Below are positions 50,394-60,416 of a stretch of DNA of 64,000 nucleotides, piece by piece; positions within the stretch are counted from its first letter, which is position 1, and each line of letters opens with the position of its first letter. The position numbers were made by a program, and so were the translations under genes. The stretch comes from Chloroflexota bacterium (GTDB lineage: Bacteria; Chloroflexota; UBA11872; VXOZ01). The notes beneath the pieces are model-generated. The model saw nothing but the letters and a program-made list of their open reading frames with translations. It did no database searches and was not told the origin of the DNA. The DNA lies in NCBI GenBank assembly GCA_026710945.1, contig JAPOQA010000059.1, positions 21,265 to 85,264 on the forward strand, read 5' to 3'.

Positions 50394-50812
50394 GCAATCT
50401 TCCTCTTGGTGGGGAATTTCGAACTACACTACTCAATTGAAGTGCTAGCAATGAACATAGGCGCTGGCGATAGCCTTGTCAACTGAAGCCGGCCCATGCT
50501 AACTCTCCTTGCCGCAAGAGCTATAACGATAGAAAGCGCCCGTTTGTTCATCGGCTCGTTGGACAGGAACTCTTGCCCAGCAAAAGTGCCTAAATTTGCG
50601 CTATTGACACGGGAATGTGCGAGATTCCGTGGTACAATACCGTATTGATAGCGATTGTGTTGGGAGCATGGTGACGAAAGGAGGTAATGCAGACAGCGCT
50701 TTCTGGGGAGCTGTGACGCCTTCGCGGCCGATTCTTGCTTTCGTCCCCACCTGGCAGAGTGGCGGCGCACTTCCGGTGTACGCAAACTATTGACCGAAGG
50801 AGGTCACATACG

Positions 50813-52198
50813 ATGAAGGCACGAGCGAACGCGCTTACCCGTCGGCGCCTCTTCATTGGCGCTGGCGGCATGGCAAGTATGCTGGCCCTCGCCGCCTGCG
50901 GGGCGGTGCCGGCTACTACGACTGCACCTGCAGAGGAGCAAGCCGAGGCCAAGGCCGAAGAAAAAACGGAGATGATGGAGACGCCGGTCATCAACATCGA
51001 TGAGTACTTCACCGAGACCGACGGCCGCCATGCGCCGTACCTGAACACGCTCAAGATGGCCGAAGAGGAGCTGAACGTCAAGTTCAACGTAATCCCCGGC
51101 GAGTACAGCGGCATCTGGGACCGCCGCAAGACCGCCTTTGCTGCCGGTGAGGCCGACGTGGACATCTCTATGAACCAGGTGAACTGGGTCTTCTTCGGCG
51201 GGTTCAACGGCATGTTCATTGACCACATCCCGTTGATGCAGCGCGATAATATCGACATTAGCCGCTACTACCCCGCGGATATCAAAGCCTGGAGTTGGGC
51301 TGGCAAGCTGTACGCCATCCCCACCCAGTCCGGCGGTGAGTTGGTGCTCTTCAACAAGCAGTACTTCGATGAAGCCGGTCTGAACTATCCGGGCGGCGAC
51401 TGGACTTATGACGACATGATCGACATGTGCCAGAAGGTCCACAAACCCGATGACAACCGCTGGGCCGTGCGGGTCGGTCAGAACAGCCTCTTCTACATGG
51501 CCAGCACATTCATGCTGAACTTCGGCGGAGAGGAGTTGACCGAAGACGGCAACAGGGTGCTCTACGGCGAGGATCCCAAGTCGCATGCCGGTGCCCAGTT
51601 CAACGTGGACCTGCACCTGAAGCACCAGTTCACACCGCCGAGCGAGGTTGTCAGGGAGCTGCTGGCCGGCCGTTCCGGCATCGGCATTCTGGAGCTTGGC
51701 CATATCGCCATGGAATTCAACGGCGTGTTCCGCTACAACGCCTCCCAGCAGCACTTGGGCGAAAAGCTCAGCGTCACCCGGCCGCCGCGTGGCGAACGCG
51801 GCACGGCCACCGTGGTCGGCAACGCCCACTCCATCATGGGTCTCTCCAAAGTGCAGGACTCGGTCTGGGACTTGCTGAAGTGGCTCGGCTCAGACGAGGG
51901 CGCGACCGGTTCCGAATACTTCGGCTGGACGTCCTGGCCGTCCATCATCGAGCACGCTTCCCACCCCGGGTGGGCGTCACGCTTCGAAGGGACAAACGTG
52001 GATGACGCCATCGAGGCCTGGGCGGAGGAAGGCCACAACTTCCTGCGCCTGCCGGAGTTCAACGAGGCCTGGGGTCCGCTGCAGCAGCCGTGGTACAGCG
52101 CGCTCCGAGGCGAGATCACGGTGCCGGAGGGCCTGCGCGAGTCGGCACAGATTCTCCAAGAGATCATCGACCGACGGCCGGATGAGCACAGGGAGTAG
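50813..52198 (+). CDS. ABC transporter substrate-binding lipoprotein (carbohydrate, family 1)
   Basis: ATG at 50813 follows a GAAGGAGG ribosome-binding site. Lipobox LAACG. Typical solute-binding family 1 layout. No permease genes adjacent. Confidence 0.7.
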   Translation: MKARANALTRRRLFIGAGGMASMLALAACGAVPATTTAPAEEQAEAKAEEKTEMMETPVINIDEYFTETDGRHAPYLNTLKMAEEELNVKFNVIPGEYSGIWDRRKTAFAAGEADVDISMNQVNWVFFGGFNGMFIDHIPLMQRDNIDISRYYPADIKAWSWAGKLYAIPTQSGGELVLFNKQYFDEAGLNYPGGDWTYDDMIDMCQKVHKPDDNRWAVRVGQNSLFYMASTFMLNFGGEELTEDGNRVLYGEDPKSHAGAQFNVDLHLKHQFTPPSEVVRELLAGRSGIGILELGHIAMEFNGVFRYNASQQHLGEKLSVTRPPRGERGTATVVGNAHSIMGLSKVQDSVWDLLKWLGSDEGATGSEYFGWTSWPSIIEHASHPGWASRFEGTNVDDAIEAWAEEGHNFLRLPEFNEAWGPLQQPWYSALRGEITVPEGLRESAQILQEIIDRRPDEHRE

Positions 52199-52506
52199 CA
52201 ACCCTTTAGGTGACGCTTGCACGTCACCGCAATGAGCAGCACCTCGTGAGGATTGGGTGACTCTGACGAGAGGTACTGCTCATCCACGGTGTTACCGTAG
52301 CCCACCAGGGCTACCGCAGCGTCACAGAGTCATAAGGACCCGCGCTGAAATCGGTCCGTAACGAGGGAGTAGTTCGCTCAACTGCTCCCTCGTTCTTTGC
52401 GCCGGAAGCTGGTCAACCGCTGCAAGCCTCCAATGAGAGCCCGCGCCGAACCCTGTACGGAGGTCTGCCGCAGGCACGCTTAGAATGCCAAGAGACGGAG
52501 CGGCGC

Positions 52507-52545
52507 AAGACATGCCAAGAGCCGGTGTCCTGTTACGGACACCGG
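52507..52545. terminator. GC-rich hairpin with T-tract (3' of secreted paralog A; intrinsic-terminator-like)
   Basis: AAGAGCCGGTGTCC-TGTTAC-GGACACCGGCTCTT followed by TTTCA. A near-identical hairpin lies at 55161..55194, 3' of paralog B. Confidence 0.5.
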
Positions 52546-52670
52546 CTCTTTTTCATTGTCTCGCGAGGCTGTGCGGATCCCGTGACCGTTAGCGTGAGGC
52601 TGTCATGCCCTCGCGCCGCCGGTCACTGCGGCAAGTCGGTTGTGCCCGACGCCCGTGCAGCCACTGCGCG

Positions 52671-54212
52671 CTACTTAGAGTGACAAGACGGATAGTTCGG
52701 ATCGGCCACTCCGCCGCTCGCCGGCAACGGCGTTCCGATCAGGGCGCGGGCGCGGCTGAAGAAATCGGCGTCCGCCGCGGTCACGTCGCACCAGAAGAAG
52801 CCCTCAGACTGGAACGTGGGAATATCGGGGATCCAACGCCAGGCGCCGTCCCGGTACACGTGGATCCTGCCATCGCCGCCGGCGTCGAAGCGGCGCACCA
52901 GTTGGTTCTCCACCGGACGCGATTCATCCAGCTTGATGGCGCTCAAGATTCTCACCGGCACCGTGAAGGGCGGATGATTGACAACAGCCCACGGCACGTC
53001 ATACCGCTCGGGGCTTTCGGGGGAGATCCAAATGCGGACCACCTCGTGGTCGGACTCGCGCCGCACCACGGCGTAGGTCTGGCCGCCCCGGTAAATGTCG
53101 TTGTCGCGGATGTAGCCCGTCCGCGTGAAGTGCCTGGTGCCGTTGGGAAGCAGCCAACCGAGGTTCAGGTTGAAGTCCGCCCCGCCATCACGCCGATCAA
53201 GGCGGATGAGGTAGCGAGACAACTCCGTAACCGTTACCGCACTCGTTCTCCCGATAACCCTGGGAGCAGGCGTCGGCCTTATCGTCGGCGTCGACGTAGC
53301 CGTTGGCGTTGCCGCCTCGCCTAGCACCCACGTATTCTCGAAGACTTCCTCAAAGTCTGAGTCAAGATCAGGAGGACTGCCATCATCATATCTCAAGTGA
53401 GAATCTTCGATTTCGAACTCATAGCTAAACTCGATCGTGGCGGCGTCCACGTCTTTCTGGGTCAACGTGTAGGTCTGCGTACTCTCCAGTCCCGTAGACT
53501 CGGTCCTGAGGGGCCGAACGAAGAACGACTTAGCAGTGACCTGACCGCCAATCTTGTCGCCATTCTCGTCGTACAACTGCTTGCGGATGCGCAAGTTCCT
53601 GGTTGATCTCAGCGCGTACTTGCCGGTGGTCATCGTCATCCTAAACGTGACCTTCTCGCCTTTGGCGATCCTCCTCGGTGGCTCCATCGTGACGGTCAAG
53701 GCTATTTCCGAAGAGTCATCAGAATCGTCTTCAGCCGTTCTCGTCACCGTCACAAATTCCCTATTGCTCCGGATGGTGACTGATGAGTGCGGATTGTCGC
53801 CAGAGTGTGTCGGGGCAAATGATATTCTGAATTGAATGGGAGCGATCCGCCGCTCGGCGGGTCCCAGATCGCCAGACCGAACGGTATACTTGACCTCTTC
53901 ATTGATTGCGGGTGTATTCCGATCGATACTCCCGGTGGCGCACAACTGCTTATTGATAATGCCACCAGCTGTCACACTCGTCAATGTGACAGGGCAGGGA
54001 ATCTCATGCTCGCCTGTCACTTCCAAGATGACATTGAACGTCAACACCGTCCCAACTCTCATCGTTGTCTTATCGTCCGTACGGGTGATCGATAAACTGA
54101 CACCATAGTCATCGTCATCCTCGGGAGTAGAGTGCGCGGACACCGTCAGGAGCGAAGCGCCCAGCAGAATAAGCGCCAACAAGACGCTCAACAAACGAGA
54201 CACAGGTCTCAC
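52671..54212 (-). CDS. secreted protein with DUF11-like beta-sandwich repeats and a conserved Cys-containing C-terminal module (paralog A)
   Basis: Signal peptide LLSVLLALILLGASLLTVSA. Two DUF11-like segments. C-terminal block W.IPDIPTF....FWCDVTAAD...YPSC shared with the 55322..56974 paralog. Confidence 0.5.
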   Translation of the reverse strand: MRPVSRLLSVLLALILLGASLLTVSAHSTPEDDDDYGVSLSITRTDDKTTMRVGTVLTFNVILEVTGEHEIPCPVTLTSVTAGGIINKQLCATGSIDRNTPAINEEVKYTVRSGDLGPAERRIAPIQFRISFAPTHSGDNPHSSVTIRSNREFVTVTRTAEDDSDDSSEIALTVTMEPPRRIAKGEKVTFRMTMTTGKYALRSTRNLRIRKQLYDENGDKIGGQVTAKSFFVRPLRTESTGLESTQTYTLTQKDVDAATIEFSYEFEIEDSHLRYDDGSPPDLDSDFEEVFENTWVLGEAATPTATSTPTIRPTPAPRVIGRTSAVTVTELSRYLIRLDRRDGGADFNLNLGWLLPNGTRHFTRTGYIRDNDIYRGGQTYAVVRRESDHEVVRIWISPESPERYDVPWAVVNHPPFTVPVRILSAIKLDESRPVENQLVRRFDAGGDGRIHVYRDGAWRWIPDIPTFQSEGFFWCDVTAADADFFSRARALIGTPLPASGGVADPNYPSCHSK

Positions 54213-54689
54213 AGTTTCCTATCCTTTCACTAGAACGTCTGCTTCCTTAGAGCAGAACCGTTGCCAATTGCGAAGCAGAAGAGAGATCGAAAGAGACACC
54301 CGATACCGGGCAATTGGTACGCGTTGGCGAATAGGCTCCCTTCTTGATGGCTATTCCGCGCGGAAGCGGAATCGTGCGGGTATGTCACAGTCTCCGGAAG
54401 ATAGACTAGTAAGGAGATCGTTGCTGACCTGGTCGGTAGCGCCAGGAGCACGGTACGCTAATGCAGAACACATCTCTCTGAACTTCATGCGCACCTACAG
54501 CGTCCACCTCCGCACCGCAGTGTGCGGCAGGGCGGGCGTACGCTTTACGGACTTACTTAAAAGTGTAGCAGAGTGGCTTGTTTGCTGCAAGAGGTACACA
54601 CGGCGAAAGAAATGACGGATATGTAACCTCGGTCTTGTGGTACCCTCTCACTATCGCCGCGTTGTACGGCTATTCTACTGCGCAATGGC

Positions 54690-54965
54690 ATCCCCCTCAC
54701 CCCCATATCCAGTACGGGCAAGCTCTATCCCTCTCTCCAAGGAGAGTTTTGCATTACCCTTGCCGCGGCGAGGAAGTCCCCTCTCCCTGGACGGAGACCC
54801 TTGCATAGCCCTTCACCTTTGAGGGGGAAGGTTGGGATGGGGGTAAAATGACTTGACATCATGCTATCTAAAATTATGAAGGCGCTCTGGATTCCGGCTT
54901 GCGCCGGAATGACGGAGTTACGCAAAGGTCTCCGGTGGGAGAGGGTTGGGGTGAGGGGGAGAACG
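54690..54965. repeat. composite repeat block (CCCTCTCC/GGAGAGGG family, GGATTCCGGCTTGCGCCGGAATGACGG, GGGGTGAGGGGG)
   Basis: In the 1.1-kb ORF-free interval between the two secreted paralogs. Confidence 0.7.
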
Positions 54966-55160
54966 AAGATGTGCAAAGGCAAATGCAGTGGGTACGCCTA
55001 GGCACATGGAATGGAGGCGAGAGTTCTGCTCACCGCGTTCGATGAGGACGCGATCCAAAGAGGACGCGCTCATACGAGCAGGCGCTCCGCTGAGGAGGCG
55101 CACCAAACTGGACGCCATGCAAAAGGACGCGCTCCGCTGAGCACGTCCAATTAAATATAC

Positions 55161-55194
55161 AAGAGCCGGTGTCCTGCCACAGACACCGGCTCTT
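55161..55194. terminator. GC-rich hairpin 3' of secreted paralog B (copy of the 52507 hairpin)
   Basis: AAGAGCCGGTGTCC-TGCCACA-GACACCGGCTCTT about 130 nt past the gene stop, followed by an A/T-rich stretch on the gene strand. Confidence 0.45.
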
Positions 55195-55321
55195 GCCGTA
55201 GCATAAGGAGACTGTACAGACCCCCCGGGTCCGCTAGCGTGCGGTCATCACGCTTCTGCTGTCCCGGATACTGATAACACTAAGTGTAACCTGCCTATAC
55301 AGCTTCAATGCACTTTTACTC

Positions 55322-56974
55322 CTAGCGGCAACTCGGATAGCCCGGCGTGGGTGATCCGCCAGCGCTCGGCAACATCGGCGCATTCATCACGTAGGTCTCG
55401 AACCTCTCGTCTGCCGACGTCACGTCACACCAGTAGTAGCTGCGCGCCTCAAACGTGGGAATATCGGGAATATGCCACCACTCGCCGGCCAAGTTGACGT
55501 AGATATGCATGCCAACCTTCACCAGTTGGTTCTCGGACGGATGCATGCCGTCCAACGGAATGGCGTTTACCGCTTCCGCCGAGAAGGTGTAGCTGGTGTT
55601 GACACTCGCCCAGTCAATCTGGCTCACGAGCGGACTAGCCGAGGAAATCCACTTGCGCACGACCATGCCGTCCGTGCGCTGCACCACGGCGTAGGTCTGA
55701 CCCAGGTCACTGTCGCGGACGTAGCCGTTCGGATGGGGATCGATAACGCCCATGGCGGTGAGGGCGCCAACACCCACACTCGTCTCTGAGCCGTCAGCAA
55801 ACGTGATGTGGATGATGTTGCCATCGCCCTGCATAACCTTCGCCGCGTCATTCATGCCAATGTACGGCTCTGGCGTGGCTTCCGCCTCAGGCGCTGCCAT
55901 CTCCACCGTAATGATGGTGCCTTCCAACTTCACGCTGTCGTAACTCGCCTCACCATCAGCGTTAACAGAACCATGGTCACCACTCGAATCGAGGTCTATT
56001 CGAACCGCATTGTCACCTGTTAGCAGGGCTATTGGGCTACTTGCGGTTTCCGTCAGAGCAGGAAGAGCACTGCTGGTGTCAGTACCGGCTTTTAAGACCT
56101 CGCTCTCGGTGATGACGTGACTATAGGAGAACTCAAGCTTCCCGCCGTCCTCGATCTCATCAACCTCCGACTGCAGCAGCTTGTACGTCTTCGGCGTTGA
56201 CACTAGCGAAGCGCTCTCCGAGTTGCTGTCAAGCTCCGGAATGGCAAACGACCCTACCGAAACCAGGTTGCCCTTCTTGTCACCATCAGCCTCATACAAC
56301 TGCTTCTTGATGACTAGGGTCTTCGCTACGACTTTATAGTCGCCCGTGGTTGCCGTCAGCTTGAAGGTGACCTCTTTGCCCCTGGCGATCTCGTCAGGCA
56401 CCGTCGAAGCGCTGAAGTCCAACTCCATTTGCGTCGCGCCGCCTTCAGCAGCCGGCCGCTTCATCACTTCAACTTCAACAGAACCCGTAGCTGTCTGAGG
56501 AGTTGCATGCTCACTGTCACCCGTGCCCTCGACATTGAACGTGAACGTCCACGTCAGGGTAGCGGTACGACTAGCGGCGCTACCCAGGTCTTCGGCACCA
56601 CGAACCTTATACTTAACCTTCTCAAAGGCGATGTACGATACGGTGCTGCTGAGGTCAACATCGCCCTTATCACGGTTACCGGTAGCAGCGTCAGCATCAG
56701 CAAGAGCTTTGTCATAGTCAGGGCCATACAAGTTACCGCCGTCAGTAGTAGTAGTACCGCCGATCGTATGGTCGATGAGCAACTCGACGATGACCGTGAA
56801 CTCCAGCTCATCACCGGGATACACCGGGTCTTTATCGTCAGTACGCTCGACCGTGACCCTAACGATATCCTTGCCAACATTGCCTGTAGCTTCGTGGGCT
56901 GCCACCGTCAGGAACGACAGGCCCATCAAAATGAGCGCTAGGAATACGCTCAACAAACGAGACAATTGTCTCAC
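55322..56974 (-). CDS. secreted protein with DUF11-like repeats and conserved C-terminal module (paralog B)
   Basis: Signal peptide LLSVFLALILMGLSFLTVAA. Same architecture and C-terminal W.IPDIPTF...YWCDVTSAD...YPSC block as paralog A. Confidence 0.5.
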   Translation of the reverse strand: MRQLSRLLSVFLALILMGLSFLTVAAHEATGNVGKDIVRVTVERTDDKDPVYPGDELEFTVIVELLIDHTIGGTTTTDGGNLYGPDYDKALADADAATGNRDKGDVDLSSTVSYIAFEKVKYKVRGAEDLGSAASRTATLTWTFTFNVEGTGDSEHATPQTATGSVEVEVMKRPAAEGGATQMELDFSASTVPDEIARGKEVTFKLTATTGDYKVVAKTLVIKKQLYEADGDKKGNLVSVGSFAIPELDSNSESASLVSTPKTYKLLQSEVDEIEDGGKLEFSYSHVITESEVLKAGTDTSSALPALTETASSPIALLTGDNAVRIDLDSSGDHGSVNADGEASYDSVKLEGTIITVEMAAPEAEATPEPYIGMNDAAKVMQGDGNIIHITFADGSETSVGVGALTAMGVIDPHPNGYVRDSDLGQTYAVVQRTDGMVVRKWISSASPLVSQIDWASVNTSYTFSAEAVNAIPLDGMHPSENQLVKVGMHIYVNLAGEWWHIPDIPTFEARSYYWCDVTSADERFETYVMNAPMLPSAGGSPTPGYPSCR

Positions 56975-57966
56975 AGTCCTTTCCTTTCACTAGAACGTCT
57001 GCTTCGGTGAAGCAGACCTAGAAATCTCGAATTAACACCCAACCTTACCGGGCTATTCCGGCGCGTGCATGAAGATACACTCCCTTCTTGAATTGCTATC
57101 CCGCGCTGAGGGGGAATCGTGGGTGTACGTCACACTCCCCAGGGTGGCAGACCAGGGTGGTCATTGCTGACCCGACCGTTGACGCCAATAGCACGGTATG
57201 TTGATACGAGACAATACGTGCTGACATTTCTGTGCGCTCACGGCGTCATTTATCGTGAGCGTGCACTCGTCAGCTCGCCCTGTAGTGTAACAGACCACCC
57301 CAGGCGATGCAAGAGGTAATCTTGAAAAAAACAGCAAAACGCCCGGGCCGCAAAATAGGGTGACTCGCTCCGACCCGACCGGGGACGCTGTTCGCACGGT
57401 ACACTTGAAGGGACAAAGCCAATGGACTTTCTCCTGCCCACGAAGGCTACGCAACTATAAGTTGCGCCCGCATCTATAAGATACGCCTGCAACATGGGTG
57501 TGCGCTTGTCAGCGCTTACTAGCGTAGCAAAGAGCCAAGACCAGTGCAAGCACAACTCATTGCCAACATTGGGATAGTGCTGCATCAACGCCTGGCGCGG
57601 GGATCGCGCCCGCATCCGCCCGGACTTTTTACGGAGACCCCGCGACCGGGGGACGGGACAGGCACTACCTATCTCTACCCTTCAACAGCGTATCTCTGCC
57701 ATGCAATCGCAGGCCGGAGCGGGACACATTTCTCTTCAACACATCTCAGCCCCTCCCGCAGGGACGACTTACGCAATTGTCCCTCTTTAAAGGAAGCGAC
57801 CGGGCGCCACGCCTCCGCGGCGCGCCCTTCGCAGGCGGCGGGAGAGAGCAGCCGCGCGGTTGCCAGCCACCAAAACCGGGCGCGCAATGATACAATCATC
57901 CATATCAATCGTGAGCATGTTGGCGCGGCGACGATCCGGCTACATTAAAGAAGAGGAGTGGGTGTG

Positions 57967-59202
57967 ATGGAACGACTGGCCCTGCACGGCGGAACACCGG
58001 TGCGCGACGGTACGAAGCGTTGGCCCAAGTGGCCGCAGTTCGACGAGACGGAACTGCGCAACGTGCGCGCGGTCTTCGAGAGCAACCTCTGGGGCGGCAC
58101 GTCGCACGGTCCCATGAAGATGGCGGCGCAGGAGCAATTTGCCGCCTACCATGACGCGAAGTTCGGCATTGGGCTCATCAGTTGTACCGCCGGCCTGGAA
58201 ATCGGGCTGAAGGCGTTCGGCGTTGGCGCGGGCGATGAGGTGATCGTGCCGGCGTTTACGTTCATTGCCACGGCGTTTGCGCCCATGTACCTGGGGGCGA
58301 CGCCGGTGATGGCGGACATTCACCCGGGTTCGCTCTGCCTCGACCCCGACCGCACGGAGGAGGCGATCACGCCGCGCACCCGCGCTATCAGCCCGGTGCA
58401 CTACGGCGGCTATCCGGCGGATATGGAGCGGTTTGCGGAGATCGCGCGCAAGCACGACCTGGCAATTATCGTGGACGCCGCCCACGCCCACGGCGCGGAG
58501 TGGAAGGGCACGAAACTCGGCGGCATGGGCGACGCCAGTTCCTACAGCCTGGGCGGCGGCAAGAATATGAGCACCGGCGAGGGCGGCATGCTGACCACGG
58601 ACAACGAGGAGCTTGCCGAGCGCTGGCTGTATACGCTCTCCAGCTTTGGCCGCGCCAAGGGCGAGCCGGGCTACGTGCACTACGAGCTGGGCGGCCATTA
58701 CCCGATGAACGAGTTTCTGGCGGCGATCCTGCTGGGACAGATGGAGCGGTTCGACGAGCAGACGAAGAAGCGGAACCGCAACGCGCGGTATCTCAACAGC
58801 CTGCTGGCGCAGATTGACGGCATCGAGCCGCCGCCGATCCCGCCGGAGGTGACCCAGCACGGCATGCACATCTACACGTTCCGCCTCAAGCCGGAAGAGT
58901 TCGGCACGGACAAGCGGACATTCCTGGACGCCGCGCACGCGGAAGGCGTGCCGGTCTCCGGCGGGCACCCACGGCCGATCTACGACAATCCGATGCTCGA
59001 CCTGGAAACGGGCGACATTGCGGGCGGCACGGGCAAATTCCGCGTCATGGACTGTCCGGAGTCCGAGCTGCTTACGCGGGAAGAAGGCATCGCTATGGGC
59101 CACGTGACGCTGCTGGCGGATGAGTCCGATATGGACGACATCGCCGAGGGCATCGCCAAGGTGCGGCGCAACGTGGACCAATTGCAACGAGTCGCGGTGT
59201 AG
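57967..59202 (+). CDS. DegT/DnrJ/EryC1/StrS-family PLP-dependent aminotransferase (sugar aminotransferase/dehydratase-like)
   Basis: ATG at 57967 lies 9 nt after a GAGGAG ribosome-binding site. Family motifs (VIVPAFTFIAT, DAAHA, lysine region SYSLGGGKNMSTGEGG). The 415-aa antisense ORF discarded. Confidence 0.8.
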   Translation: MERLALHGGTPVRDGTKRWPKWPQFDETELRNVRAVFESNLWGGTSHGPMKMAAQEQFAAYHDAKFGIGLISCTAGLEIGLKAFGVGAGDEVIVPAFTFIATAFAPMYLGATPVMADIHPGSLCLDPDRTEEAITPRTRAISPVHYGGYPADMERFAEIARKHDLAIIVDAAHAHGAEWKGTKLGGMGDASSYSLGGGKNMSTGEGGMLTTDNEELAERWLYTLSSFGRAKGEPGYVHYELGGHYPMNEFLAAILLGQMERFDEQTKKRNRNARYLNSLLAQIDGIEPPPIPPEVTQHGMHIYTFRLKPEEFGTDKRTFLDAAHAEGVPVSGGHPRPIYDNPMLDLETGDIAGGTGKFRVMDCPESELLTREEGIAMGHVTLLADESDMDDIAEGIAKVRRNVDQLQRVAV

Positions 59203-59390
59203 GATTTCTCATGGCGTTCGTTGGCGTGGCGCGAGTTGGACAAAGGCGCGCCGGCGTAGCGAGGGCGCGGTGGCTTTTTCTAAGGGTGAGACTGTTGAGT
59301 GCCTCACCAGTCAGCCTTGGCGCCCGGCTGATGGCTAGGCAAGGGTGCGGGGCTTTCCTTTTAATGGGGTCACCGACCGGTGTCCTGCCC

Positions 59391-59795
59391 GGTAGCGCAG
59401 GTTTGCAACCTGCGTCCTCCTGCTGGAACGCAGTCTTTGTGGTTGCAAGTCTCTTCTTATTGCCGCAACGCTGCACTTCCCCCTCACCCCGGCCCTCTCC
59501 CCCAGGAGAGGGGGTCTTCTCGCTTCAATGACCCCTAATATTGTCCGTTGTCAAGACTTCACAAAGTAGATTCGGTCTGTTTGTGCTGGGCTTCCGATAG
59601 TTTCACCCTCACCCTAGCTCTCTCCCGTCGAGGGAGAGGGAACACTCTCGCTTCCGCTAAGGTTATGCAAGGGTCTCCCCAGGGAGAGGGAGCAATGCAC
59701 GCCTCTTGAGGAGATACGCGTTCGCTATGAGTGAAGGCACTGCCAAGCGTTCCCTTGTGCTTTTGGTGCGACAGCATTGGGGCTTGTCCCCCGCT
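59391..59795. repeat. composite repeat block containing members of at least four dispersed families
   Basis: GGTAGCGCAGGTTTGCAACCTGCG (59391), CCCCTCACCCCGGCCCTCTCCCCCAGGAGAGGGGG (59482), CCCTAGCTCTCTCCCGTCGAGGGAGAGGG plus GCTAAGGTTATGCAAGGG (59598..59690), GGGGCTTGTCCCCCGC (59778). Confidence 0.7.
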
Positions 59796-60103
59796 CTTCA
59801 TACTTTCCCCACACTTCCAACCTGACCGACTCCACCACGGCATGTCTTGCGGCCCACTCGCTGCGCGGGAACGGTAGATTGCTTGGACAGAGACAGACTC
59901 CCGGTTTCGATGGGCAATCTGTTATCCAAAGGGTCTGTCGCTGGCGGCGTCCAGCGCAATACTCCGCCGGCAACATGAGACCCCCTTTCATTCCCGAACA
60001 GAACCTTCGGCAAACTCTGCCAAGAGATCGGTCTCGGACAGTGTGGACGAATTCACGCCCTCACTGCAGCCCTCGCTTGCCAACCCTTGCTCGTTCCGGG
60101 GGC

Positions 60104-60273
60104 AGAGTGAGCACACCTAAAGTGTGAGCACACCTAAAGTGTGAGCACACCTAAAGTGTGAGCACACCTAGAGTGTGAGCACACCTAGAGTGTGAGCACA
60201 CCTAGAGTGTGAGCACACCTAGAGTGTGAGCACACCTAGAGTGTGAGCACACCTAGAGTGTGAGCACACTTAC
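60104..60273. repeat. 17-bp tandem repeat array, about 10 copies (AGTGTGAGCACACCTAR)
   Basis: Direct head-to-tail copies with no spacers. First 3 copies end CTAAAGT, next 6 end CTAGAGT, then one to two degenerate copies. Each unit contains an imperfect TGTG-N2-CACA palindrome. Lies 145 bp upstream of the TPR lipoprotein gene. Confidence 0.9.
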
Positions 60274-60416
60274 AACGTGTGCACGTTTACAACTTGAGCA
60301 CCTCGACAACGTGTGCATGCCTGCCGAGCCGGTGTGGAACCGAGCGCGCAGGCGCGCTACGGGTGGTAGAATGAAATTAAGGCAACCCACTAGTTGAAAG
60401 CGAGCGTCATAGCCAA

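Noticed and set aside
50590-50660. Promoter call at TTGACACGGGAATGTGCGAGATTCCGTGGTACAAT upstream of the 50813 solute-binding gene
   Set aside because: -35 and -10-like hexamers are 23 nt apart, too far for a standard sigma70 promoter. The inverted repeat GGAAT...ATTCC may be a regulator site, but evidence is too thin to list.
60104-60273. Possible CRISPR array suggested by regularly repeated 17-mers
   Set aside because: The units are directly adjacent with no unique spacers. The period (17 bp) is too short, and there are no cas genes in the window. It is a simple tandem repeat.
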